Assembly: GCA_002050455.1 (NCBI GenBank) | Contig: MWZA01000220.1 | Span: 1 to 32,000 of the forward strand | Source of the DNA: Acidobacteria bacterium 5-1 | GTDB taxonomy: Bacteria; Acidobacteriota; Blastocatellia; Pyrinomonadales; Pyrinomonadaceae | DNA: 32,000 nt | Reading direction: 5' to 3' | In this document: positions 7,378 to 16,538 of the stretch, in pieces | Position numbering within the stretch: the stretch's first letter is position 1 | How the letters are laid out: each line of letters opens with the position of its first letter | Translations under genes and position numbers: made by a program | Notes under the pieces: model-generated | Databases searched by the model: none | Seen by the model: only the letters and a program-made list of their open reading frames with translations | What the model was told of the DNA's origin: nothing

Positions 7378-8113
7378 TTTTCACCTCTAATTTATTTGCA
7401 CCCGTTTTGGCAACTAAATTTGTTGCGTGGAGCAAACTTTCAAAAGTTCCCGCGTCCGTCCACCAACCGTCGAGTTTATTCCAAGTCATCTCGCCGCGAT
7501 TGATGTAATGATTGTTAACGTCGGTGATTTCCAGTTCGCCGCGTCCCGAAGGCTTCAAAGTTTTAATAATATCAAAAACAGTCGAATCATAAAAATAAAT
7601 ACCGATAACCGCAAAATCGGATTTTGGATTATCGGGCTTTTCTTCAATCTGCAAAACTTTTTCGCCGTCGAGTTCGGGAACGCCGAAACGCTGCGGGTCG
7701 TGAATCTTTTTCAAAAGAATTTTCGCGCCTGTGTCTTGGTTTTCATAATCTTTTTTGGCTTGGCGGATGTTGCCTTCGATAATGTTATCGCCCAACACAA
7801 CACAAATCGCTTTGTCGTCAGCAAAATGTTCCACCAAAGAAAGCGCGTCGGCAATTCCGCCCTCGCCTTCCTGATAAGTATAATTTATGTGCTTTAAGCC
7901 GAAATCTTTGCCGTTTCCCAAAAGTTTGAGAAAATCTCCGGCGGAGTTTCCGCCCGTAACAATCATAATATCGTCAATTCCCGCATTTATCAGCGTTTGA
8001 ATCGGATAATAAATCATCGGCTGATTATAAACGGGAAGTAAATGTTTATTGGTAACTTTTGTGAGCGGCTTAAGCCTTGAGCCGAGTCCGCCTGCTAATA
8101 CAACGCCTTTCAT
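7358..8113 (-). CDS. Sugar-1-phosphate nucleotidyltransferase, short glucose-1-phosphate thymidylyltransferase type (SpsI/RmlA-like)
   Basis: 251 aa. MKGVVLAGGLGSRLKPLTKVTNKHLLPVYNQPMIYYPI..., GELEITDVNN, GWWTDAGT. The layout is very close to Bacillus SpsI-type enzymes as I recall them. It overlaps the downstream cupin gene by 20 nt. Confidence 0.8.
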   Translation of the reverse strand: MKGVVLAGGLGSRLKPLTKVTNKHLLPVYNQPMIYYPIQTLINAGIDDIMIVTGGNSAGDFLKLLGNGKDFGLKHINYTYQEGEGGIADALSLVEHFADDKAICVVLGDNIIEGNIRQAKKDYENQDTGAKILLKKIHDPQRFGVPELDGEKVLQIEEKPDNPKSDFAVIGIYFYDSTVFDIIKTLKPSGRGELEITDVNNHYINRGEMTWNKLDGWWTDAGTFESLLHATNLVAKTGANKLEVKNANAAD

Positions 8114-8211
8114 AAATGAGTTTTAATCTTATTAAAGTTTAATAGTCCAACCACTTTACTTTAGCTTTTTTACGTCCTCGCCAAAAACATACTTTAAATA
8201 TCAAAAACATT

Positions 8212-10095
8212 TTAATCAATAAATTTTTGAAACCAAAGTTCCAGCATCAAAAGAGTCCAAAGTTGAGATGCAGAGTCGTTTTTAGCCTCAATATGCTCGT
8301 CAACGAGTTGCCGGACGATTTCCGCTTTAACGATTCCGCGGCGGGCGAATTTATCCGAAAGAAGATTTTCGCGCAGATAATCTTTCATTTCTCCGCGAAA
8401 CCAATGTCCGATTGGCACGCCGAATCCCATCTTCTTGCGATATAAAACTTCGCGCGGAACAAGACGGCTGCCGACCTTTTTTAACAAAGATTTATTTTCC
8501 GCGCCTTTGAGTTTAATATTTTCCGGCAGGCTGGCGGCAAATTCGATGACTTTATGGTCGAGCAGCGGTGAACGCGCTTCCAAAGAGTTTGCCATTGTCG
8601 CAATATCAACTTTGACCAGCAAGTCGTTTGGCAGATACGTCATTTGGTCAGTGAACATTGTCGCGTCAACAATACCGTTACCGTTTGATTTATCAAACCA
8701 CCGCTTGATAAAAAAGGCTGAATCGGAATTTCCGATTTCGCGCTTAAATTCTTCCGTATAAAGATTTTCTTTTAGTTCACGGTCAATCGCGCTAATCCAG
8801 TGAAAATAACGTCCGACCTTTGGCAAACTTGCCGCTTTCAAAAATCTTTTCAAATCACGCGCCCGGCTGCGTTTGATTTCCGAAGTCGGTATCAAATTAA
8901 CCGCATTCTCAATCAAGCCCTTTCGCAGCAAACCCGGAATTTTATGGTATTTTTCCGACAGCCGCATTGCCAGATAACGCTCGTAACCGGCAAAACTCTC
9001 GTCGCCGCCGTCGCCGTTTAAGGCAACCGTCACGTGCTTGCGCGTTTCTTTTGCAACGTAATAGGTAGGAATCGCGCTGGAGTCGGCATAAGGCTCGCCG
9101 TAGTGTTCGACCAACGTCGGCAGAACTTCCAATGCATTCGGACGAACGATAAATTCGTGATGTTCCGCGCCGATATGCTCGGCAACCCGTCTTGCATATT
9201 TGAGTTCGCTAAAATCTTCTTCTTCAAAGCCGATGGAAAAAGTTTTAACCGGCTGCGGGCTTTCTTCCGCCATCAGCGCAACAACCACCGAAGAATCAAC
9301 ACCGCCGGAAAGAAACGCGCCGAGCGGAACTTCGGCAATCATTCGGAGTTTGGTTGATTCGCGCAAAAGCCGCAGCGTTTCTTCTTCGGCTTCCTGTTCG
9401 GTGATTTTTATTTTGCGGTGGAAATCCGGCGACCAATACCGGCGAGTTTCGATTTGCCCGTTTTTCCAGCGAAGCCAATGCGCCGGTTCGAGTTTGCGAA
9501 TTTGCTTATAAGCCGTCAGCGGCGCGGGAACGCAAAGATACGATAAATAATGATGAATCGCTTGGTTGTCAATCTCGCGGCTGATTTCGGGATGTGCGAG
9601 CAGAGCGCGAAACTCCGACCCGAAAATTAAATCGCCGTTCGGTTGATGCGCGTAAAGAAGCGGTTTTTTACCGACCCGATCACGTGCGATAAAAAGCGAT
9701 TTTTCGCGCTCGTCCCAAATCGCAAAGGCAAACATTCCGCGTAAATGCTGAACACAATCAACTCCGTATTTGTCATAGAGATGCAGGATAACTTCAGTAT
9801 CTGAATTGGTGTAAAATTTGTTGCCCTCATTTTGTAAATCTTTTCTTAATTCTTGAAAATTATAAATTTCGCCGTTAAAGACAATCCAAGCTGTTTTATC
9901 TTCATTGTTCATCGGCTGTTTGCCGTGCGCCACGTCAATAATCGAAAGACGACGCATCGCCAGCCCGACATTTTTATTGAGGTAAAACCCGTCGTCGTCA
10001 GGACCGCGATGTAAAATCGCTCGATTCATTTTTTGCAGCGTTTCACGGTCAATTCGACCTGAATTTGCGCTGGCTATACCGACTATTCCGCACAT
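8212..10095 (-). CDS. asnB: Asparagine synthase (glutamine-hydrolysing) family amidotransferase, copy 1
   Basis: 627 aa. It has the N-terminal nucleophile MCGIVG, a Gn_AT_II domain, and the PP-loop SGGVDSS (AFLSGGVDSSVVVALM). Confidence 0.9.
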   Translation of the reverse strand: MCGIVGIASANSGRIDRETLQKMNRAILHRGPDDDGFYLNKNVGLAMRRLSIIDVAHGKQPMNNEDKTAWIVFNGEIYNFQELRKDLQNEGNKFYTNSDTEVILHLYDKYGVDCVQHLRGMFAFAIWDEREKSLFIARDRVGKKPLLYAHQPNGDLIFGSEFRALLAHPEISREIDNQAIHHYLSYLCVPAPLTAYKQIRKLEPAHWLRWKNGQIETRRYWSPDFHRKIKITEQEAEEETLRLLRESTKLRMIAEVPLGAFLSGGVDSSVVVALMAEESPQPVKTFSIGFEEEDFSELKYARRVAEHIGAEHHEFIVRPNALEVLPTLVEHYGEPYADSSAIPTYYVAKETRKHVTVALNGDGGDESFAGYERYLAMRLSEKYHKIPGLLRKGLIENAVNLIPTSEIKRSRARDLKRFLKAASLPKVGRYFHWISAIDRELKENLYTEEFKREIGNSDSAFFIKRWFDKSNGNGIVDATMFTDQMTYLPNDLLVKVDIATMANSLEARSPLLDHKVIEFAASLPENIKLKGAENKSLLKKVGSRLVPREVLYRKKMGFGVPIGHWFRGEMKDYLRENLLSDKFARRGIVKAEIVRQLVDEHIEAKNDSASQLWTLLMLELWFQKFID

Positions 10096-10129
10096 TTATA
10101 GTTAAGCTCTTGCCGACAAGCGAAAATCT

Positions 10130-11485
10130 TTACGTTTTGGCTTGAAGTCTTTGTCTAATTTTTTGCTGTCTTAATGATTTCGCAAGTTTTTGATTTTCCT
10201 TTTTTTCCTGCCGGAGAGTCCAGCCGACAGAAATAAAAATAAAGAGAAATACTTGAATTTGAGCCCGCTGACGATAAGCCGTGCCAACATTGCCTTGAAA
10301 AAGCGAATAACCAATAGAAAGCATTAAAGTAAACAATAAAACACCAATCGCTTTTCGCAGACGATGTTTGATTGTGTACCACAGACCGCTTATTAAAAGC
10401 GGCATCATTGCCCACCACAGCAAAACTTCCGGCAAAGTTATCAATTGTCTAAAGTTACTCACTTCCCACGGAAATGGCGCAAGTATTAAGTAAATGAAAC
10501 CGATTGGCAGAGCTAAAATTGCTCCTCCTACAGTTGTAACATCACTATCATCTTCGACATAGCCGGACTGCGATGCGGAAGCTAAATACTCTCGACTTAT
10601 TTGAATCCTTTCAAGATTACCATACTTATTAATGTCTTCTTCGGCGGTGCTGAAAATTCCCAGATATGCTAACCCTAAAGTAATAATTACAAGCGCGGTA
10701 ACTCTTCTAAAAATTGATTGAATAGAATTATTATGAGCGATCAAAAAACTTCCAAGTATTGCGATTGCAACTATATAAGCAATGTAAAAACGAAGTGTTA
10801 CGAGCCCGAATAAAGAAAAAATTAATAACCCGACAACTTTATAATTAAGTTTCTCCAGCAATTGCAAAACTGCAAACATGGATAATACTAAAAGAAATAT
10901 AACCAATCCATCTTTTAACAATTGAGATGTCCAAATTATAAAGGCGGGAAACACTGCGACTATCCAAGCCGCATTACTTCCGACCTTGCGATTGCCAAAA
11001 ATTTTATAAGTGCAGTAGTAGACCATAGGAGCAATAGCCGCCCCAATTACCGCACAGAAAAATTGAGCGGCAAGGATGTTCCGACCGACAATTGAATAAA
11101 TAAAGCCGACTACATAATTCATGCCCCAGCCCGGTCCGGTCATTTCCGTTGCTCTCTGAGTCAAGTAATCCGCATTTGGAAGGATATTTCCAGCCCAAAC
11201 CCCGGCTAATCTGCTCCCTAATTCGTCATAAAGTAACGCGTCTGAACCAAGAAAATCACGCAAATCGAATACATGTATTATTGTTCCGAAAGCAATTCGC
11301 AGCAGCAGCCCAATGATAAAAATTCTTTGCAGAAAACCGTCATCTTCTGTCGAGTGTCTTATTATTGCGACTGCAATCACCGAACAAGCAGTAAGAACTA
11401 AGACTGCCGTTGCTCCTTCAGGAAATGCAACCAGAACTATTACGAGTGCAAGTAGAAAACATGATATTGCAAGAATTCTATCCAT
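10130..11485 (-). CDS. Polytopic integral membrane protein; candidate Wzy-type polymerase or GT-C-like glycosyltransferase
   Basis: 451 aa with about 11-12 predicted hydrophobic helices. There is an acidic first loop (GSDALLYDELG), a large loop around residues 280-320, and a basic C-terminal tail. No canonical Wzy_C motif was recognised. The locus otherwise lacks a polymerase. Confidence 0.5.
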   Translation of the reverse strand: MDRILAISCFLLALVIVLVAFPEGATAVLVLTACSVIAVAIIRHSTEDDGFLQRIFIIGLLLRIAFGTIIHVFDLRDFLGSDALLYDELGSRLAGVWAGNILPNADYLTQRATEMTGPGWGMNYVVGFIYSIVGRNILAAQFFCAVIGAAIAPMVYYCTYKIFGNRKVGSNAAWIVAVFPAFIIWTSQLLKDGLVIFLLVLSMFAVLQLLEKLNYKVVGLLIFSLFGLVTLRFYIAYIVAIAILGSFLIAHNNSIQSIFRRVTALVIITLGLAYLGIFSTAEEDINKYGNLERIQISREYLASASQSGYVEDDSDVTTVGGAILALPIGFIYLILAPFPWEVSNFRQLITLPEVLLWWAMMPLLISGLWYTIKHRLRKAIGVLLFTLMLSIGYSLFQGNVGTAYRQRAQIQVFLFIFISVGWTLRQEKKENQKLAKSLRQQKIRQRLQAKT

Positions 11486-11490
11486 TTGAT

Positions 11491-13209
11491 TTACGATTTA
11501 TTACCACTCCGCAAGACTAAATTATTTTCTAAAACCAAAGCATCAAAATTGGCATTCTTAAAAGTATTTATCGCATCTTCGGGCGTGCAGACAATCGGTT
11601 CTTGGACATTGAATGAAGTGTTTAGAAGCATCGGAATATCCGTTATTTTCTTAAACTCGTTTATCAAATTCCAATAGCGCGGATTCGTTTTTTTGCTAAC
11701 CATCTGCGGGCGTGCCGTGCCATCCACATGAACCACTCCCGGAATTTTTTCTTTGTATTCTTCCGCCACTTCGATAACCGTAATCATAAACGGGTCGTGG
11801 TGTTCTTTGCCAAAAACCGTGAAACCTTCTTCTTCAAGCATCGAAGGCGCGAGCGGACGAAACCATTCGCGCAATTTTACCTTGTCATTCAAAATTTCGC
11901 GCATATCCCTGCGCCGCGGATCAGCCAGAAAACTTCTGCTGCCGAGCGCACGCGGTCCCCATTCCATTCGACCCTGAAACCAACCGATAATTGCGCCTTC
12001 GGAAATCATTTTCGCAAGGCGCGGAAGCAGTTCTCCATCAGGCAAGTTTTCATATTTTAGACCTTCCTTGTTTAAGGCTGCCTGACATTCTTCGTTAGTA
12101 AATTCCGGTCCGTAATAGGCGTGGTTCATTATAAACTTACGCGGATTGTTCAATTTCTGATGCCAAATCATCAACGCCGCGCCGAGCGAACAGCCTGCAT
12201 CGCCCGCCGCCGGCTGCACATAAAAATTCTTAAAAGGCGTTTCGTGGAAAATTCGTCCGTTCATTACCGAGTTGAACGCCACGCCGCCCGCCATACACAG
12301 ATTTTCTTCGCCCGTCATCTCCTTGAGTTGATGAACCAAATAAATAGCGGTGTCCTCCAGAACTCTTTGTGCGCTGGAAGCAATATTCCAATGATGTTCG
12401 GTCAATTCTTCACCCGGCTTGCGCGGCTCACCGAGTTCTCTAACAATCCCGTCGGGAAACTTGTATTGTTTGGCAAGATGATGGTCTAGAGTTCTGATAT
12501 TCAAATGGAAATCGCCTTTCCCGTTTTTCGTTAAAACCTTTTCCGCGAAAAAATCATAGTATTCGGGTTTTCCATAAGCTGCCAGTCCCATCACTTTCCA
12601 TTCATCGCCGCTAAACATATTAAAACCGATGTAATTTGTTACGGCTGAATAAAACTGTCCGAGAGAATGCGGCAGTTTAATCCGTTTGAGAACTTCAATT
12701 TTGTTGCCTTTTCCGTGCGTAAAAAGCGTGGTCGTGTCTTCGCCCGTTCCGTCCCACGTTATAATCGCCGCGCTTTCAAACGGGGAAACGAAAAACGCGC
12801 TCGCCGCGTGTGTTTGGTGGTGTTCGAGATAATGAAACTTAAACTTGCTTTCGCCAAAATGTTCACGAATAATTTTGGGATATTTGAACATTCCCAGATA
12901 GCTTTCGCCCACGCCGCCGACCCCGCGATCCGCTCTTGCCCAGAACATACTCGGAGAGATAAAGGCGGATTTTACTGCCTGCATAGCTTTGTGTCGCAAA
13001 ACCCAAGGCTTCCAATATAAACCGATATGCTTGACCTCGGCTATTGTAATACCGGCTTCATCCAAGCAATATTGAACGGCGAGAAAAGGAAAACCGCTCT
13101 GATGTTTTTTGCGCGTAAAACGCTCCTCTTCCGCCGCCGCGACAATTTCGCCGTCTTTGATTATGGCAGCAGCCGAATCCCCTAAAGTTGTTAGACCAAG
13201 AATATACAT
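11491..13209 (-). CDS. NodU/CmcH-family carbamoyltransferase
   Basis: 572 aa. The N-terminus ILGLTTLGDSAAAIIKDGEIVAAAEEERFTRKKHQSGFP is the family signature. Length and C-terminal domain layout also fit. Confidence 0.9.
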   Translation of the reverse strand: MYILGLTTLGDSAAAIIKDGEIVAAAEEERFTRKKHQSGFPFLAVQYCLDEAGITIAEVKHIGLYWKPWVLRHKAMQAVKSAFISPSMFWARADRGVGGVGESYLGMFKYPKIIREHFGESKFKFHYLEHHQTHAASAFFVSPFESAAIITWDGTGEDTTTLFTHGKGNKIEVLKRIKLPHSLGQFYSAVTNYIGFNMFSGDEWKVMGLAAYGKPEYYDFFAEKVLTKNGKGDFHLNIRTLDHHLAKQYKFPDGIVRELGEPRKPGEELTEHHWNIASSAQRVLEDTAIYLVHQLKEMTGEENLCMAGGVAFNSVMNGRIFHETPFKNFYVQPAAGDAGCSLGAALMIWHQKLNNPRKFIMNHAYYGPEFTNEECQAALNKEGLKYENLPDGELLPRLAKMISEGAIIGWFQGRMEWGPRALGSRSFLADPRRRDMREILNDKVKLREWFRPLAPSMLEEEGFTVFGKEHHDPFMITVIEVAEEYKEKIPGVVHVDGTARPQMVSKKTNPRYWNLINEFKKITDIPMLLNTSFNVQEPIVCTPEDAINTFKNANFDALVLENNLVLRSGNKS

Positions 13210-13230
13210 TTAATTTTTTACAGTAATTTA

Positions 13231-14232
13231 TTATTGAAAATTTAGTTCAGCTATTTCCGACATCGAAAGTATTTCCAGAACTCCGTCTTGACGAAGCTCA
13301 GCTGCGTGCTGCAATATCGCTCGCAAACCGTTAAACATTTGTTCGATTTCAAAAGCCATATTGGTTGGATGAAACCACAAGTGGAAAATCCGTTTTTTCT
13401 CGGCGGCTACGTCCAATCCTTTGCAGGCTCGTTTGACTCTTAAAGACATTGGAATGTAACGCCGAATTCCGTGCATCGGAAAAAATATCATTGAACCCGG
13501 AATATTCAACAAGCCGTTTTCGGCTTGTTCGGGTAAAACGACTGGCGGAGTCGAAGCCGTTATAACATCCCAGAAATGCGCTAACCGTTTAACGACGCTT
13601 CGACCCTCGCCCTGTTCATACCATTTCGGAATTGCTCCTCGATAGCAGGTAAATCCGAACTCGCTTAAGACATCAAGATGTCCAACCTCATCGCGCGGAA
13701 AAGCAAATGAATTTAACTTAATGTTAAATTTTTCCGCCGCTTTAATGCATTCGGCAATATCAGTGCGTGCGTTTTCGCTTGAGCAGCCTTCATCACCGAA
13801 AATAATATGCGAAAACGAATGACTGCCTATTTCCTGCTTCACCGGATTGTTAAGAATCTTTTCTATTAAACTTTTCCCGTAAAATAAAGGTGCATTCGCT
13901 TCATCGCTGCACGGATCATGAGTAAACCAATCCTTTTCGTGCCATTTGTGCAACGGCGGAACGATTTCGGGATGTTTTCTGCCGTCGGTTAATCGGCAAT
14001 TTTCGAGAAAAAGATGTCCGACTGTACACCACGTCGCCGGAATATTAAATTCATTAAACAGATCCAATAACCTATCAATGACTTCATTTCTTTCCACTTC
14101 GACGGCTTGCCGAAAACTATCAATTCCGAACAAATCTACCGTTCCCCAAATAAGTTCAAAATCCAAACTAATTGTAAAAATACCCTTTTCCAATTCAGGT
14201 GTTTTTTTATAAGACATTAGACTCATCCTCAT
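13231..14232 (-). CDS. Polysaccharide deacetylase (CE4/NodB-homology) family protein
   Basis: 333 aa. FTISLDFELIWG (motif-1-like acidic pair) and GSHSFSHIIF (H-S-x-x-H motif 2). The start overlaps the upstream stop (ATGA). Confidence 0.7.
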   Translation of the reverse strand: MRMSLMSYKKTPELEKGIFTISLDFELIWGTVDLFGIDSFRQAVEVERNEVIDRLLDLFNEFNIPATWCTVGHLFLENCRLTDGRKHPEIVPPLHKWHEKDWFTHDPCSDEANAPLFYGKSLIEKILNNPVKQEIGSHSFSHIIFGDEGCSSENARTDIAECIKAAEKFNIKLNSFAFPRDEVGHLDVLSEFGFTCYRGAIPKWYEQGEGRSVVKRLAHFWDVITASTPPVVLPEQAENGLLNIPGSMIFFPMHGIRRYIPMSLRVKRACKGLDVAAEKKRIFHLWFHPTNMAFEIEQMFNGLRAILQHAAELRQDGVLEILSMSEIAELNFQ

Positions 14233-15014
14233 TTAACGGCTTTTACAAGAAACATATTTGACATTTCGCGCAGCACAGATTTGTCCGCCAAAGCTCTGTC
14301 AATCGATTCCCATTTTTTCAGCGTCGCCGACAAACCTTTCGGAAAAATCCGCGCAATCCAATTAACCGGACCGATGTAGACTCCATGAATTTGCACGGAG
14401 GAAAAACCAGCAGCGGTAAACTCTCGTCGCAAACGAGCGGAAGTGTGAAACAACTGTTTATGCCTAGCAAGATTGCCGATTTTTACGCTGTGAGCCAATT
14501 TATTTATCAAAGCGTATCCGTTTAGATTCAAAAGCGGAGTTGCCGTTGCCAAACAAAAACCGCCCGGTTTGAGCAGGCGCGACATTTCGGCAATGCACTT
14601 GGCTGAACGCGGCAGATGCCGTAAAACTTCCACAGACAAGATAATGTCGAAACTGGCATCAGGCAAAGGAATTTCTTCGACATCTGCTTCGAGAACAACA
14701 GAGTCGGGGTTATTAACCCGCGCGTGTTCAAGCATTTCTTTTGAGGCGTCAACTCCGGCAACTTCATAGCCGCGTGCTCTTAGTTGTTGCATATGATGCC
14801 CCGTTCCGCAACCTGCATCAAGCAGTCGCAGACCTTCGCCGTTTTGCGGCAAAAGTTTATCCAGTAATTGATGAAGCCGGTGTCGGCTATATTTAAAACA
14901 ATCTTCATACGCATCGGTTTGAAGAGTCTCGTAGCTTCCTGCAAATTGGTCGGCTCGATCTGACTGAGTTTGAATAGCTTCTTCTTTAGCCTTTTGAATA
15001 CTCATAATAGTCAA
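14229..15014 (-). CDS. Class I SAM-dependent methyltransferase
   Basis: 261 aa. Motif I is LLDAGCGTGHH, post-I is VAGVDASKEML, and motif II-like is FDIILSVEVLRHL. Confidence 0.85.
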   Translation of the reverse strand: MTIMSIQKAKEEAIQTQSDRADQFAGSYETLQTDAYEDCFKYSRHRLHQLLDKLLPQNGEGLRLLDAGCGTGHHMQQLRARGYEVAGVDASKEMLEHARVNNPDSVVLEADVEEIPLPDASFDIILSVEVLRHLPRSAKCIAEMSRLLKPGGFCLATATPLLNLNGYALINKLAHSVKIGNLARHKQLFHTSARLRREFTAAGFSSVQIHGVYIGPVNWIARIFPKGLSATLKKWESIDRALADKSVLREMSNMFLVKAVK

Positions 15015-15037
15015 ATAAAATTTTGAACAAAATAAGA

Positions 15038-15772
15038 TTATGTTTTCGATTGATAACCTTCAAATGATTCAAGTAATATATTAGCAATTTTATCTGTTTG
15101 TTGTGAAACAGTGTAATGCTTTAAGGCATACTCTCTACCTTTTTTACCCATTTCTTGGCGTTCTTTAAACAATTCCAATAAAATGCTTAACGAATTATAC
15201 CACTGCTCTTCGGTTACAGCCGAAAAATGCGTTTCGTTTTCAATGCCGATTTCCGCACAAACTCCGACCGGCGAAACCACAAAAGGAATCCCAATCGCCA
15301 TATATTGAATTGCTTTGAACCCCGATTTGCCGACTAGCCAATCTTCATTTGCATTACCAACGACGGTAATCGGATAGAGCCCGATGTCCAAAGATTGAAA
15401 ATCTTCTAATTCACGTTCTAATTTCCAATCTAAATTTTCAATCTTAACTCCATCAAGTTCAATTTTATCTCTTCCCGAACCAACAATTTTTAATGTGAAA
15501 TCGTAATTTCGAGCCAATTTTTGCAAAACGGGGAAAAGCATTTCTAACAAAGGAAATGCCGAATGCGTTCCTACCTAGTGACGGCGGCTTCTACCGGATA
15601 TGAGCAAAGACCTAAAACTTCCATGAGATTAATAAGCAAAAGCGAAATTTTACCACAAACCTTCAATAATCCTTAGCGTCAAGAGCAATATTTTGTTTCG
15701 CTGACTTTTCTATAGAGTGAAGAAGGCTTCTTGCGGTTGTCCGATAACTTCAATAAAATTCTCAACTGTATT
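15038..15772 (-). pseudogene. Truncated and decayed paralogue of the GT4 gene at 17746-18861 (only the C-terminal Rossmann half is still open)
   Basis: The 170-aa ORF (15038-15550, open to 15574) aligns with residues about 195-365 of the 371-aa GT4. Example: VGTHSAFPLLEMLFPVLQKLARNYDFTLKIVGS versus GWSGSYSTAQYLDMVAGVFQDLARERDFVFKVIGA; KAIQYMAIGIPFVVSPVGV versus KALQYMALGIPTICSPIGV. Upstream, 15575-15772 has only broken frames, and the N-terminal roughly 125 aa are absent. Confidence 0.65.
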
Positions 15773-16510
15773 TTAGTAATCTAACAGAGGCGGCTGAATG
15801 TTGTAGATTTCTTCAAACAGGTAGTCGCAAATCACGTTAAAGTATTTTTCGTATAATTGGTCTTTGACAAAATCAATAATGAGACGCTTACATCATCTTC
15901 ATGGACGCCGAAAAATTCAACGTTTGCTCATTCATATACCATCACCGAACGAGCTAGATAACCCAAGTTGCCAGTTATAGATTTTGATATTTGAAAATAG
16001 AAAAGTCCTCTTTTAGAATTTTGTCGCCAAAAATTTAACAAAGTGGTTATCGTTTCCGAACAAAATCTTCCAGCTTGAGGAAGCGCGATATTTCAGTAGG
16101 AAATTTAACTGAAGAAGTCAGAAGATGAAAATTTCGATAAATAGGACGATATCGAAACCCGCGTCGGCAATAGAATCTCCTCTAAATTATGATCCTAAGA
16201 TAACTCAGTCAGCGTCTTTCAGTCTAGAGTGTTCGATCATTTCCTTAGAAGTGTCTAACACCCCGCTATTTCGTAACCGGGCTCTCTCTCAATGTGCTAT
16301 ACAATATTCTGAATCGCAATCTGCACTGAACAAGCGCAATCAGTACCGTCCCATGGCAGAGTTTTTTCAACAACTAGTAGAAACTGTGATAGATGTATTT
16401 AAAACAATCTCGAGTTTCGTCATCAAGATTTCATAATATTCTGCAAACTGTTCGGCGCGGTCGGACTGCGTTTGAATCGCCTCTTTTTTCTGAACTTCTT
16501 GTGTAACCAT
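15773..16510 (-). pseudogene. Decayed paralogue of the SAM methyltransferase at 14229-15014 (several stops and frameshifts)
   Basis: From ATG at 16510: MVTQEVQKKEAIQTQSDRAEQFA versus intact MSIQKAKEEAIQTQSDRADQFA. Shifted frames then give DCFKY, GVLDTSKEMIEHSRL (versus GVDASKEMLEHARV) and DAGFDIVLFIEI (versus DASFDIILSVEV), interrupted by TAG/TGA/TAA. Total length (738 nt) is close to the intact gene (786 nt). Confidence 0.7.
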
Positions 16511-16538
16511 ATCAATTCCTTTCAGTTTATCAATTTAA

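Noticed and set aside
6778-7503. 241-aa plus-strand ORF, and many other plus-strand ORFs in the track (e.g. 897-1238 minus, 2596-2892, 2998-3378, 4946-5416, 5630-6025, 7427-7897, 9034-9511, 12121-12489, 16704-17099, 18480-18848, 20871-21203, 21928-22311)
   Set aside because: All lie antisense to, or out of frame within, long ORFs with clear family motifs. Their translations are low-complexity or Arg/Ser/Lys-rich with no motifs. These are shadow ORFs.
16125-16436. 103-aa plus-strand ORF in the apparently empty region
   Set aside because: It is antisense to the decayed methyltransferase paralogue. The minus strand carries the recognisable, though broken, homology, so the plus ORF is a chance open frame.
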